A stretch of 64,000 nucleotides of DNA from the NCBI GenBank assembly GCA_951406725.2, contig OX597842.1:20956001-21020000 (forward strand), read 5' to 3'. Below, piece by piece: positions 37,723 through 52,836 of this stretch. Source of the DNA: Octopus vulgaris. Taxonomy: Eukaryota. Below the pieces are notes generated by a model that saw nothing but the letters and a program-made list of their open reading frames with translations, did no database searches and was not told the origin of the DNA. Numbering within the stretch: position 1 is the stretch's first letter; the number at the start of each line of letters is the position of its first letter. The position numbers were made by a program, and so were the translations under genes.

Positions 37723-38644
37723 CTATATTTATATTTTCAAAACTCAGATGCTGGACAGTGAGAAAATAAGAAAAACCGAGAAGAAAAATGTGAAGATAGT
37801 TCTGACTTATAACAAGTAAAAATATGGTGTATTTCATAAAAAAAGTCATAACATGCCAGCAGGGAAATAACATTACTAGGTGAGACAGGTTGACACTGAA
37901 GTAGCTTTGCTGATTAACAGGTGACGGTCTCGTTTAGAGAATGAGTGGGCTAAGACTACGCGCCCTACATTGGTCAGTTGAAGTTGAGACAGTGTCATGT
38001 GATAACTTGCTGGGGCTGCCTGCTGGAGCCTAGTAGCAGGTATTTAAAGGGAAATTTGACAAGACAGTCAGTCACCCACTGATACTCGTTGATGCTACAT
38101 CGAAGAGGCCAGGGAACAGAAGAAAGGAGAAAGAAGGCATGCACTCAACACCAGAGCTGAAGACACCTCCGAAAGGGGGTGGACTGTCATGTCAAAACGG
38201 TAGAGGAGTAGGGGCCGAAACTGTACGTGGTTCCTCCTGATGATGTCTTGAGCTAACTGGATCCTATAAAGGAGCTGTTGTGGTAGCAGACCACAAAACA
38301 CGGTTGAAATTCCTAAAATTACTATCTTTTAATCTCACAATGTGAGATATTCTGTAACAGTACTTTGTAGTATAAAAGCACTGGTTTACATAAGTCCTTA
38401 TCCCAATTCCCTTTCCATTAGCAAATCACAAAATTCCTTTAAATAACCTACAGAAGCAAGTCCACTTGCACCATTACCACGGGCAACGGCGAGGCTAAGG
38501 TGTTGGAAAAGCTGAGCATGCTCATGGACCTCACCTGATACCTCGGTAAAGCAAACCATCAACAATGTTATATCATCTTCTGTGACTGACGAAAATTTCC
38601 GGAATTTTCACTTTGGGTAGAAAATTTTCTCTTCCAAGGTATCT

Positions 38645-39038
38645 TTACTCTTTTACTTGTTTCAGTCATTTGACTGCAGCCATGCTGGAGCACCGCCTTT
38701 AGTCGACTAAATCGACCCCAGGTCTTATTCTTTGTAAGCCTGGTACTTATTCTATCGGGCTCTCTTTTGCCGAACCGCTAAGTTACAAGGACATAAACAC
38801 ACCAGCATCAGTTGTCAAGCAATGCTAGGGGGACAAACACAGACGCACAAACACACACATATATATACATATATACAACAGGCTTCTTTCAGTTTCCGTC
38901 TGCCAAATCCACTCACAAGGCTTTGGTCTGCCCGAAGCTATAGTAGAAGACACTTGCCCAAGGTGCCACGCAGTGGGACTGAACCCGGAATCATGTGGCT
39001 GGTAAGCAAGCTACTTACCACAGAGCCACTCCTGCACC
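38645..39038 (-). mobile_element. SINE family A
   Basis: Reverse complement of the family A consensus. Confidence 0.9.
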
Positions 39039-39583
39039 TATAAATAAAGCATTTTTTTCTGAAAAAAATGAGGAAAATTGCAAAAATTGTTGGATTTAGG
39101 TATCTCGAAATCTAGACATGATGGTAAAAACTGGATTCCGTTTTTGGATTTGGCAAATCTGATACACCTTTAAATCAGGTAAAAACATCCTGACAACGAA
39201 ATACCTGTTGGATTGTGTGATTAAATATACAGAATTATTTTCCCCTTTTTAAAATTTCACCCAAATATTACAAAAACAACAAAAACAAATACTTTTTTTT
39301 TTAATTTCAAATTTTTAAAAATAAATTTATATATATATATATATAAATAGATATAAAATAAAAATAAAGATAAAAGGCAAATTATGTTTTTTAAAATTAT
39401 TCTTTTTTTTATTATTATTATTCATCTTTCTGTGAGTTTCCAACTTCAGTTTATGGAAAAAAAAAAAAAAAATTATGAAACAACTCAACGTAACGAGTTC
39501 AGTTTGAAAATTAAAACTGATTAGAAAGAAAATGGGATTTTAAAAAGTTTTTATAAGTCCTTTTTGTTTTCGTTTTTAAATTG

Positions 39584-39586
<3 letters not shown>

Positions 39587-39636
<50 letters not shown>

Positions 39637-39697
39637 GTATATATATGTGTATATATATGTATATATATATATGTATATATATGTATATATATATATG

Positions 39698-39730
<33 letters not shown>

Positions 39731-39756
39731 GTATATATATGTATATATATGTATGT

Positions 39757-39796
<40 letters not shown>

Positions 39797-39901
39797 GTAT
39801 GTGTGTGTATGTATATATATATATATATGTATATATGTGTATGTATATATATGTATATATATATATGTATATATATATGTATATATATGTATATATATAT
39901 G

Positions 39902-39933
<32 letters not shown>

Positions 39934-39956
39934 TGTGTGTATATATATATATGTGA

Positions 39957-39988
<32 letters not shown>

Positions 39989-40143
39989 GTGTATATATAT
40001 ATATGTATATAATATATGTATATGTGTATATATATATATATGTATATATATATATGTGTGTATATATATATATATATACATATGTATATATATATGTGTA
40101 TATATATGTATATATATATATGTGTGTGTGTATATATATATAT
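39587..40143. repeat. (TA)n/(TATG) compound microsatellite
   Basis: Direct. Confidence 0.97.
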
Positions 40144-40344
40144 ATTTTTATTTATTTGAAATGCATTTAACTGAAAAAAAAATAATAAAATTCGAGGGAA
40201 ATATACAAGAGAATTACATAATTGAAAAAAAAACAATTCTTTGACTTAAATTAATAATAATAATAATAATGGTGACGATTTCATTTATTGGCCACAAGGG
40301 CTTGATATAATAATAGTAATAATAATAATAATGATAATAAATTT

Positions 40345-42926
<2,582 letters not shown>

Positions 42927-43956
42927 TAACAATAATAGTTGAAGGAAAATAAAAAAGGAACTGAAATAAGTGTATGTCAGGGATGGAGGGAGGAGATGAA
43001 ATAATTAAAAAAAAAAAAAGTATAAACTTGAGTACAATTTTTTCCAGCTCTGATTAAAAAGAAAAAAAAACATTTTTAACGATAATAACATTTTCCTTGC
43101 TTCAGCATAAGAGCTTGTGGTATTTAAGTGAGTAACAGGAAGGATGGAGATAGAGAGAGTGAGGAAGGAGCTGGGAGGAGGAAGGCAAGGAAAGAGAAGA
43201 TAAAGAGCAGGACAGAATTCAACAGCCCCCTCCCCCTCGTTTCGCCCAACCCCATTCCTGCCCGCATCCACCCATGCCCATCTCACCATTTTTTTTCCCC
43301 CTTGGTTTCCTGGTCATCATTTGGCCGCTACCTGCCCCACGCCCTGCCTCCGTTACCTTACCTGTTGACCCACCCACCAGCCCACCACATACGTATAAAG
43401 GAAGGGTGCAAGGAGGTGACAGAAGGGTAAATGTTCACTCGGGTGAGGATTTGAAATCGCGATCTGGCTGCTTAAAGGGTTCTCATGTTCTCCCTTAATT
43501 CTTGACATTTCACTCCCCCAACCAACTGTCCCCACCCCAAAACCATCTGACTTATTTCTAACATGGTACAAAGTTGAAAATTCTTCCAAACGAAAGTACC
43601 GCCAACTGAATCTACCCCAATATTTAACTGGTACCTAGTTTTTTTTAAAAACCTCATTTCCCTCCCTGGGCGAATGAAGGGCAATACTGATCTTGGCAGG
43701 ATTTGAAATCTTCTGTCTGTGTTTGTCCCCGGACCATATCGCTTGACAACCGATGCTGGTGTATTTACGTCCCTGTAACTTAGAGGTTCAGCAAAAGAAA
43801 CCGATAGAATAAGCACTTATTAAAAAATAAGTTCTGGGGTTGATTTGTTTGACTAAAATCCTTCAAGGATGTGCTCCAGCATGGCCACAGTCAAATGACT
43901 GAAACCAGTAAAAGAATAAAAGAATATATATATATAAATATATATGCGTGTATGTG

Positions 43957-43992
<36 letters not shown>

Positions 43993-44412
43993 TACATATA
44001 TATGTATATATGTGTGTATGTGTATATATATGTATATATGTGTGTATGTATATGTGTGATTGTGTATGTGTTTGAGTCTCCGTACTTAGACATTGTGTCA
44101 TAAACGAGTTTCACTGGCATACAAGCAGTGTTCGTTTCTAGTCATCTGTGGAGAAAACATGTCTCTCCATGGGGAAATATTACCTCACCTATCTCCAGGT
44201 AAGGGTTGGTGATAGGAAGGATATCCTGCATCGATGTCTTAAGGGTTTGAAGCCCCATATGAAAGCTTTGAATACTGGCCCCTTTCTTTTTGTCTGTAAT
44301 GAAAACGGAATGGAGAAATAGCAACCAGCAATGCACCACGTTTGCACACAAGACTTTACTACGCCGTACCACACTGTCACTGCGCACCCCTAACACAGCA
44401 AACCAGCACTAT

Positions 44413-44998
44413 CTTTTCTACTATAGGCACAAGACCTGAAATGTTATGGGAGGGGACCAATCGATTACATCGACCCCAGTGTTTCACTGGTACTTAATTT
44501 ATCGACCCTGAAAGGATGAAAGGCAAAGTCAACCTCGGCGGAATTTGAACTCAGAACGTAACGGCTAGACGAAATACCTATTTCTTTACTACTCACAAGG
44601 GGCTAAACACAGAGGGGACAAACAAGGACTGACAAAGGAATTAAGTCGATTATATCGACCCCCAATGCGTGACTGGTACTTAATTTATCGACCCTGAAAG
44701 GATGAAAGGCAAAGTCGACCTTGGCGGAATTTGAACCCAGAACATAACGGCTAGACGAAATACCTATTTCTTTACTACCCACAAGGGGCTAAACACAGAG
44801 GGGACAAACAAGGACTGACAAAGGAATTAAGTCGATTACATCGACCCCCAATGTGTAACTGGTACTTAATTTATCGACCCTGAAAGGATGAAAGGCAAAG
44901 TCGACCTCGGCGGAATTTGAACCCAGAACGTAATGACAGGAAAAATACTGCTTAAGCATTTTGCCCAGCATGCTAACGATTCTGCCAGCTCGCCACCT
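44413..44998 (-). mobile_element. Three head-to-tail family B SINE segments
   Basis: atcgaccctgaaaggatgaaaggcaaagtc occurs three times at ~180-185 bp spacing. Confidence 0.88.
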
Positions 44999-45561
44999 TC
45001 CAAACCAGCACTATCACTGCACACACTTGAATTTGATCCCAAAACCTATCATACCATTCGTTGATCCGAAGCCCTATCACACTCCACATAAAGTAACCCA
45101 CCATAATTTATCACACTCCTCATTCGATCCCAAGAACTTCATCTCACCACAGTCACTGCGCCCTATCCTCTGCCCCATCTAACAGTGGTTTACCCTTGGA
45201 CAAATCTTGTACATGTGTACCTACTCCAGCACTTTTTATATGACCTGGGAGGGCTCGTAAGCTCCCTTTCCATTATTACGTCAATTACTGACACTTTGGT
45301 CACCCTTGACTAGACTAGGGATGATGACTAACTGGGAGGTGGGATTTGAACCCAGAACATAGGGAGCTGGAAGATATACGGCAAAGCATCTCTGCCAACA
45401 CACCATTGATTCTGTCGCTCTCGCACCTGTAGAGCAACATAAAATGAAGTGTTTTATTACAAGCACAGCACGTTGCCTGGTCAGAGAATTGAACTCATAA
45501 TCTAGAATTCATGAGTGCAACATCCTAACCACTACACCACAAACCCTCACTACACACCCCA

Positions 45562-45925
45562 TGTTTAAGAAACAGATTGGGTTTATTTACATTTGCGAAG
45601 AAAAAAAGATACCCTTCCCCCACCCCTAACCCTAACCCTAATCCTAAAATAGATTGAAATGCAATAGATCGATACCAGGGCCATAATTATGGGTGACAAT
45701 TTCAACCAATCAATGACGTCTATTGAGGTGAAAGCATTCTGTGCCGTATGAATATGTCCCTCGTTTGAGAAACAGATTGGGTTTATTTACATTTCTGAAG
45801 AAAAACAGATACCCTTCCCCTCACCCCTAACCCTAATCCTAAAATAGATTAAAATGCAATAGATTGATACTAGGGTCATAATTATGGGTGACAATTTCAT
45901 ACGACACCGCTATGGAAAATGGGAT
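45562..45925 (+). mobile_element. Two direct partial copies of the telomere-motif MITE arm
   Basis: aagaaacagattgggtttatttacattt...ccctaaccctaatcctaaaatag...gggtgacaatttca occurs twice; the second ends gacaccgctatggaaaatggga. Confidence 0.8.
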
Positions 45926-46518
45926 TACTATTACTGACCCCTCTCCCCCGTCCCATCTGGCAGTTGTCTACCCTTGGACAAATCCTGCACATGTGAACCT
46001 TTTCCAGGGCTCTCTATACGACCTGGGAAGGCCCATACCCTCCCCTGTTGCTGTTGAGTAGATTACTGGAACTTCAGCTACCACAACTAGAGATGGGGTG
46101 TGAACCCTGAGTGGCTTCCCGTTGCCTTCTCCAGACAGGTGGGGATTGAACCCAGAATGTAGAGAGCCAGAAGATATAGCGTAAAGCACCTGCCGACACA
46201 CCAACAATTCTGATGCTCTCCCACCTGTAGAACAACATGAAATTAAGTGTTTTGCTCAAAAACACAACACACAGCCTGGCCTGAGGATTGAACTCACACT
46301 CTAGCAATCAGGACCGTGACACCCTAACCACTAGGCCACACGCCTTCACTTCACTCCCAGATATAGTAACCAATATGCTATAACTACAAGTTCCTCATTT
46401 GATCCCAAGAACTTAATCTCACCTGTGTCACAGCCCCCCCCCCCCCGACCTCATCCCTGGGTCCCTTCTAGTAATGATTTACATTTAGATAAACCCTGTA
46501 TGTGTGAACCTTTTCTAT

Positions 46519-46682
46519 AGGCGCAGGAGTGGCTGTGTGGTAAGTAGCTTGTTTACCAACCACATGGTTCCGGGTTCAGTCCCACTGCATGGCACCTTGG
46601 GCAAGTGTCTTTTACTATAGCCTCGGGCCGACCAAAGCCTTTGTGAGTGGATTTGGTAGACGGAAACTGAAAGAAGCCCGTC

Positions 46683-46744
<62 letters not shown>

Positions 46745-46950
46745 ATGTGTGTTTGTCCCCCTAACATTGCTTGACAACCGATGCTGGTGTGTTTATGTCC
46801 CCGTCACTTAGCGGTTCGGCAAAAGAGACCGATAGAATAAGTACTGGGCTTAAAAAAAGAATAAGTCCCGGGGTCGAGTTGCTCGACTAAAGGCGGTGCT
46901 CCAGCATGGCCACAGTCAAATGACTGAAACAAGTAAAAGAGTAAAGAGAA
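46519..46950 (+). mobile_element. Full-length SINE family A
   Basis: ggcgcaggagtggctgtgtggtaag ... gtcaaatgactgaaacaagtaaaagagtaaa. Confidence 0.92.
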
Positions 46951-47442
46951 ATATGACTTGGAAGGGCCCTTACCCTCCATTGCTGCTATTAAGTAGATTA
47001 CTGGAACATGGGACGTCCATGACTAGACTTGAATATGGGAGTACCTTCTCATTTCCTTCTCCAAGTGGGATTTGAACTCGGAAAGTAGAGAGCTGGAAAA
47101 TATACCATAAAGCATCTCTGCCGATATGCTAAAGCTAGAAGAATCGCAACTAAGCACTTTTGCCTGGGGCAGTAACGATTCAGCCAGCCCACCACTTAAA
47201 TAATAATAATAATCCTTTCTACTATGGACACAAAGCCTGACATTTTGGTGGGGGAAGGGTAAGTCAATTACATCGACCCCAGTGTACAACTGGTACTTAT
47301 TTCATCAGGATGAAAGGCAAAGTCGGCCTTGACGGAATTCAAACTCATGGGAAATACTGCTAAGCATTTTGCCCAGCATGCTAACGATTCTGTCAGCCTG
47401 CCACCTTAATTATAATAATGATGATGATGATGATAATAATGA

Positions 47443-47740
47443 TCATCATCATCATCGTTTAACGTCCGTTTTCCATGCTAGCATGGGTTGGATGGTTCAA
47501 CTGGGGTCTGGGAAGCCAGAAGGCTGCGCCAGGCCCAGTCTGATCTGGCAGTGTTTCTATGGCTGGATGCCCTTCCTAACGCCAACCACTCCGTGAGTGT
47601 AGTGGGTGCTTTTTACGTGCCACCGGCTCAGGGGCCAGACGAGGCTGGCAAACGGCCATGATCGGATGGTGCATTTTACATGCCACCGGCACGGAGGCCA
47701 GTCGGGGCAGTGCTGGCAACGACCATGTTCGGATGGTTCT
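47443..47740 (-). mobile_element. RTE-clade LINE 3'UTR fragment with (GAT)n tail
   Basis: Matches ~57478-57720 (catcatcgtttaacgtccgtt...ggatgcccttcctaacgccaacc). Confidence 0.85.
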
Positions 47741-49054
47741 CTTGATAATAATAATAATGATAATAATAATGATAATAATAATAATAATAGTCCTTTCTAC
47801 TGGAAGTACAAAGCATGCGTGAATTGCATAATTTATATGAACCGATTGATCCTGGGTCTCTCATGCCTGTAGAGCAACATGAAATGAAGGGCTTTGCTCA
47901 AGAACACAACCTGCTGCCTGGGGCTAAACACAGAGGGGACAAACAAGGACTGACAAAGGAATTAAGTCGATTATATCGACCCCCAATGCGTAACTGGTAC
48001 TTAATTTATCGACCCCGAAAGGATGAAAGTCAAAGTCGACCTCAGCGGAATTTGAACCCAGAACTCAACAGCAGACGAAATATGGCTATACATTTCGCCC
48101 GGCGTACTAACGTTTCTGCCAGCTCGCTGCCTTCAGACACGTGTACCTTTAACGTAGTCCTCAGAGAGATTCAATGTGACACAGAATGTGACAAGGCTGG
48201 CCCCTTGAAATACAACTCATTTTTGCCATCTGAGGGGACTGGAGCAACGGGAAATAAAGTGGATTACTCAAGGACATAATGCCTTGCCAGGAATTGAACT
48301 CATGACATTACACTCGTGAGCTGAATACCCTAACCACTATGCTACTGCTGCATGTCCCTCATTTGATCCCAAGGCTGCACCACACCCCAGATACAGAAAC
48401 CAACACACAACACAAAACCACACTATCACTGCACACCCCTGATTTGATCCCCAAGGCTGCATGACACCCCAGATACAGTAACCCAGCAACTATACCATGC
48501 TAATCCTGCACACCTCTCATTTGATCCCAAGACCTCATCACACCATACTAGAGTTTCACACTCGAGGTATGGTAACCGACACTGTATTACAGTACCCCAG
48601 TGCCACCCACACACCCTTAATTTCCTCCCAGTGTCACACCACACCATGATATCACTGCACGCCCTACAAATGTTCCTATAACCTCACCATACTACGCAGT
48701 TGCTGTGTCCCCCATACCGTTCCACACCACGCAATAATCTGCACAATTGCGCCACGGGAGCCCTTAACCATCCATGCCAGTAAAGATCCCTTTATCCCCA
48801 CCTATTTCCAGATCAGTTCTCTTCTTTCCCTTTCCTTCCCCTCCTCCATATCCACCCGTTCACTAAGCCTGCCACCCGAATCCACAATCACCCGACCCCC
48901 CCACTCACCTACTCACCCTCCTGATTAACCCTGCGCTCTTCTTAGCCTCAGCTCCGCCCTGCCCTGTCGCCCTTCCTACCACCACCACCACCACTACCGC
49001 CACCACCGTCGCCGCTACCATCGTCGCCGCCGCCACCACCACCACAGCCCCCAG

Positions 49055-50473
49055 CTACAGATCGTTCATGACGTCAAACTCCTTTGAGCAATCCGAGTTC
49101 ATGATGAAACAATGGTCCTGATTGGCCGAGAGAATCTGTAACACCGGCTGCATGTCGTCGTCGTTGGCGTCGGAACCGGAGTTCTCCGCAGAGACAGCCG
49201 AGGGGACGGGGGTGGACGTGTTGTTGTTGCCATTGCTGTTGCTGGTCGAAGAGTGGAATGAGGCGTAGAAGGATGGAAAAACTGACGAAGACAACGACGG
49301 TAGTAATAATGATGATGACGGCGATGACGGGGAGGAAGAGTTCAGCTTTGTAGAGTGGGAGGTGTCAGAGCCCGGGTACTGGACGGAGTTTGGGTAGTTA
49401 CTGTTGGCCTTGCCTGAGCCGGACAAATGACCAGCCATGTGCGACGCCTGGTTCCGAGATCGGGATCGACCGGAGTATTCGCTGCCACCCGAGTGGAGGT
49501 CAGAGTCCATCCCGCCAAAGCTGTACGCGTCGCCGTAGTACGGCTGGCTCCAGGCGTCCAAGCTGCTGTCGACGGAGGTGGTGAGGGCTGTGGCTGTGAT
49601 GGCTGAGATTGCATTGCCGAGTAACCCTCGGTGTATCTTGGCATGCCGGTTGCGCGTGCTTGCGTCAGCGAAGTGCTGCTCGCAATAGTTGCACTTATAC
49701 GGCTTCTCGCCCGTGTGGATGCGCAAGTGCCGGGTGAGGGTGAACGAGTGGAGGAAGGACTTGGCGCAGAAGTTGCACTGGAACGACCGCTTCTTTGTGT
49801 GAATGTTCATGTGTTTGGTCAAACTGGAGGCACATGAGAACTTCTTGTGGCACACCTCGCACTCAGTGTTGTGGTTACTGCTGCTGTTGCTCCCCCCACT
49901 TCGACTAGACTTGCTCGACTTCGAGGTATGATTGGAATCGTCGACGATGGACGAGATCGCCAGGCTGTTGTCGAAGGTAACGTTTTCGTTGGACGGGTCC
50001 ACATCATCGCCCGTTGTCATAGCAGCATCCCCGCGACCATCGCTACTGCTTTTGTTGTTGTTGTTGCTGTCCCCGCCGCCGTCAGACTGATGCAGTGGAG
50101 ATGCGTCCTTCGCATGGCTCTGCAGATGCAACCCGAGCAGGTTGACACTGGTGAACAGCTGTTTGCAGGTGTAACATTCCAGTTTCTGGCCGGTGTGCGA
50201 TTTCAGATGGTCGTTGAGCCGAGCCTCGCTGGCTACACTTTTCCCACACAACTCGCACGTGAATGAGCGGTGGGTCTTCTTGTGGGACACCAGTGCCCTG
50301 TACTGCTCAAACGTCTCATCGCAGTCATTGCAGTGGTAGCGTTTCTCACCTGTATGGCTTCGGATATGTGTCTTCAGGTACACAGGCTGCGAGAAAGACT
50401 TCTCACAGAATTTACACTCAAACGTCGCCTTCGGTTTCGGATGAAGTTTGCCGAACGTCGCAAGAAAACTCAT
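49055..50473 (-). CDS. C2H2 zinc-finger protein, 472 aa, 7 fingers in two clusters (4+3), Ser-rich C-terminal region; single coding exon
   Basis: Open 1419-nt GC-rich frame. Fingers: CKFC..HIRSH, CNDC..HKKTH, CELC..HLKSH, CYTC..HLQSH, CEVC..HMNIH, CNFC..HLRIH, CNYC..HAKIH; TGEKR/TGEKP linkers. Confidence 0.92.
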   Translation of the reverse strand: MSFLATFGKLHPKPKATFECKFCEKSFSQPVYLKTHIRSHTGEKRYHCNDCDETFEQYRALVSHKKTHRSFTCELCGKSVASEARLNDHLKSHTGQKLECYTCKQLFTSVNLLGLHLQSHAKDASPLHQSDGGGDSNNNNKSSSDGRGDAAMTTGDDVDPSNENVTFDNSLAISSIVDDSNHTSKSSKSSRSGGSNSSSNHNTECEVCHKKFSCASSLTKHMNIHTKKRSFQCNFCAKSFLHSFTLTRHLRIHTGEKPYKCNYCEQHFADASTRNRHAKIHRGLLGNAISAITATALTTSVDSSLDAWSQPYYGDAYSFGGMDSDLHSGGSEYSGRSRSRNQASHMAGHLSGSGKANSNYPNSVQYPGSDTSHSTKLNSSSPSSPSSSLLLPSLSSSVFPSFYASFHSSTSNSNGNNNTSTPVPSAVSAENSGSDANDDDMQPVLQILSANQDHCFIMNSDCSKEFDVMNDL

Positions 50474-50511
50474 TATTGTCGGTCAACATCGGCTAGCTCG
50501 GAAGATTGGTA

Positions 50512-51341
50512 TATAGGTGGGCAGATAGGCAGGCAGGCAGGTAGCAAGGTCTGTAGGTAGGTTGTGTGGATAGGTAGGTAGACAGGTTGAATGAAGCTAA
50601 ATCAGTAATAGGTAGGACAATAGCTAATATAGTGAGCTAGATTGGTAACTAGAAAGGTAGCTAGCTAGGTAGACTGGCGGTTAGATTGGTAACCAAATAT
50701 ATAGATATACAGGTTGGAAGAAGGGTGTGTAGGCTATATAAATAGCCAACTAACTAAATTGGTAACTGGTTAAGTTGGTAGGTAGGTGACTATGTAGATA
50801 GATTGGTAACTAGCTAGATAGGCAAGTAGCTATGTTCGTACATAGGAATAGGTGGGTAGGTAAATAGGTAGGTAGACAGGTAGGTAGGCAAGTAGACAGG
50901 TAGGTAGGTGGATGAGTGAGTATACTGACAACTAATTAGGCTGGTAGCTAGCTAATTAGGCAGCTAACTAGAGAGTTAAGTAGCTAATTATCTAGGTAGC
51001 TAGATAAGCAACCAGGTAGATAAAGTATGAATCAAGTTGAGTAGATAGTTAATCAAGGCCAGGTAAATAACAAATGGAAAAAAGACAACAAAAAATTACA
51101 AAATAAATAACCCCTGTTCCTGGTGTCAGAAACCCTACTCAAAATCTTAAACTAGATATTTTCCTGGTTACCACAAACAGTTTGTTACTATTTTTCGAGC
51201 TTTTATCCCTGCCAAAACCATCTTGGGTTACGTATCAACATCTTAATTCTAAATTATAATTTGTTTTGAAATTTTAACAAATGAATTTTTTTTTTTTTTA
51301 CTATTTTTTCATTGAATCTAGTAAAATAGATAGATAGATGA

Positions 51342-51414
<73 letters not shown>

Positions 51415-51443
51415 CAGAGACAGATAGATAGATAGACAGAGAC

Positions 51444-51522
<79 letters not shown>
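50512..51522. repeat. Degenerate (TAGG/TAGC)n tract (~50512-51060) and (GATA)n tract (51327-51522) upstream of the ZNF CDS
   Basis: Direct. Confidence 0.9.
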
Positions 51523-51523
<1 letters not shown>

Positions 51524-52221
51524 GTGAGGTTTGTCACTTAAATCAAACCTAGCATACCACTGGTACTCATTTAAATATCAAAAGACCAGCAATCCCTGCA
51601 GTTGATGGAATGGAAAAAAGGCAAATTGGACCCCTATTTTTTTTTTATCTCCCCAGTGGCAGGATTTCAATTCAATGTTTTTAAGAAGACCCCTAAAAAA
51701 AAAACCTAGTCCCTGGATGTTATTTTGAAAGAATTGGGTGAAAATTTACAATTTGGAGAGAGCCTATATATGTTCATATATATGTGAGTGTGTATATATA
51801 TGTGAGTGTGTGTGTATATGTGTGCTATTGAGCCAAAACTTCAAAGTCACTATCAACCTTTTCCTTGTAAAAATTATACATACAAATGTGTGTATATGTA
51901 TATATATGTATGCATGTGTGTGTGTGTGATTTATGCATATATAGTCAACAAAATTTTAACGAGAAGAAATTCGTTATGTTGCCAAGGTGAGAGTTTTCAG
52001 TTTCAAATCACAGTAGCAAATTGTCTCGACAGACTAGATAGCCAGGGGGAAGCAAATTTAAATCTATTTTTTTTTATATATATAAATTTAATTTAATTTA
52101 TTTATCATTATTATTATTATTGTTGTTGTTGTTGTTATTTTTCCTTTTGGTCAAAAATATTTGCTCACATTTAAAAAAATGTTCTGCCGTTTTGAGTAAT
52201 TTTCATTAACAAACAATACTT

Positions 52222-52252
<31 letters not shown>

Positions 52253-52817
52253 AGTCTCTGGACCAAAACAATGAATAATAATAAATTAATTAATAATTGT
52301 AATTAATAACAGGTAAATCCAGGTGTCTTGCAATTTTTTCTTCTTTTCTTTTAATAACTTGTTTTCTTTTTATGGTTGGTTGTCCTCAACAATTTTCATG
52401 GCTTTGTGGGTTTTTTAAGGGGGTTTTTTCGCATGCTAGTGACACCCCAAAAACAAGAAGAGGTTTCTCACATACCCACACCAGTAAGGAACCTAGCAAC
52501 TTGCCTGAAGAAAGGGAAAAAAGTCAATGTAAAGAATTACAGTGGAGCAGACAGTTAATGTTATTTTGGAGTTTGACCAACTTTTTGGGTGTTTTGCAGT
52601 TCGGTTCTTTAAAAAAAAATTTTTTTTGTTTGGTGTTTTGTTGGCGTTTATTTTCAACGACGTTTTGTCATTTCATTAAATTGGAGGGTTTGAATTTCAA
52701 ATTTCAAAATCGGACAAGCAAATGTCAACAGACTTTGTAACAAGAACTTTGCAAACTCGTTGCTGTCAGAACGGTTTAAAAGAATCACAGGAACGGCTTG
52801 TTAAGATTTAAACGTCA

Positions 52818-52836
52818 TTTTGGCGGGAATTTTGAA
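52818..52836 (+). promoter_or_regulatory. Candidate E2F/CDE-CHR tandem element (TTTTGGCGG-gaat-TTTGAA)
   Basis: GGCGG at 52822-52826, a 4-nt spacer, then TTTGAA at 52831-52836. Further TTTGAA/TTCAAA motifs at 52689-52707, in a stretch with no recognised TE. Confidence 0.35.

Noticed and set aside
37820-38390. Possible solo LTR (TATA-like tatttaaa, ends ...ttaca)
   Set aside because: No matching TSD or second LTR could be defined by eye.
39100-39222. Possible DNA-transposon terminal relic
   Set aside because: Resemblance only; no partner TIR or coding sequence in the window.
46519-46600. tRNA genes at SINE heads
   Set aside because: A/B-box-like heads continue into SINE bodies, and no complete cloverleaf is evident.
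49342-50560. Alternative-frame and antisense ORFs over the ZNF gene
   Set aside because: Expected shadow ORFs of a GC-rich coding exon.
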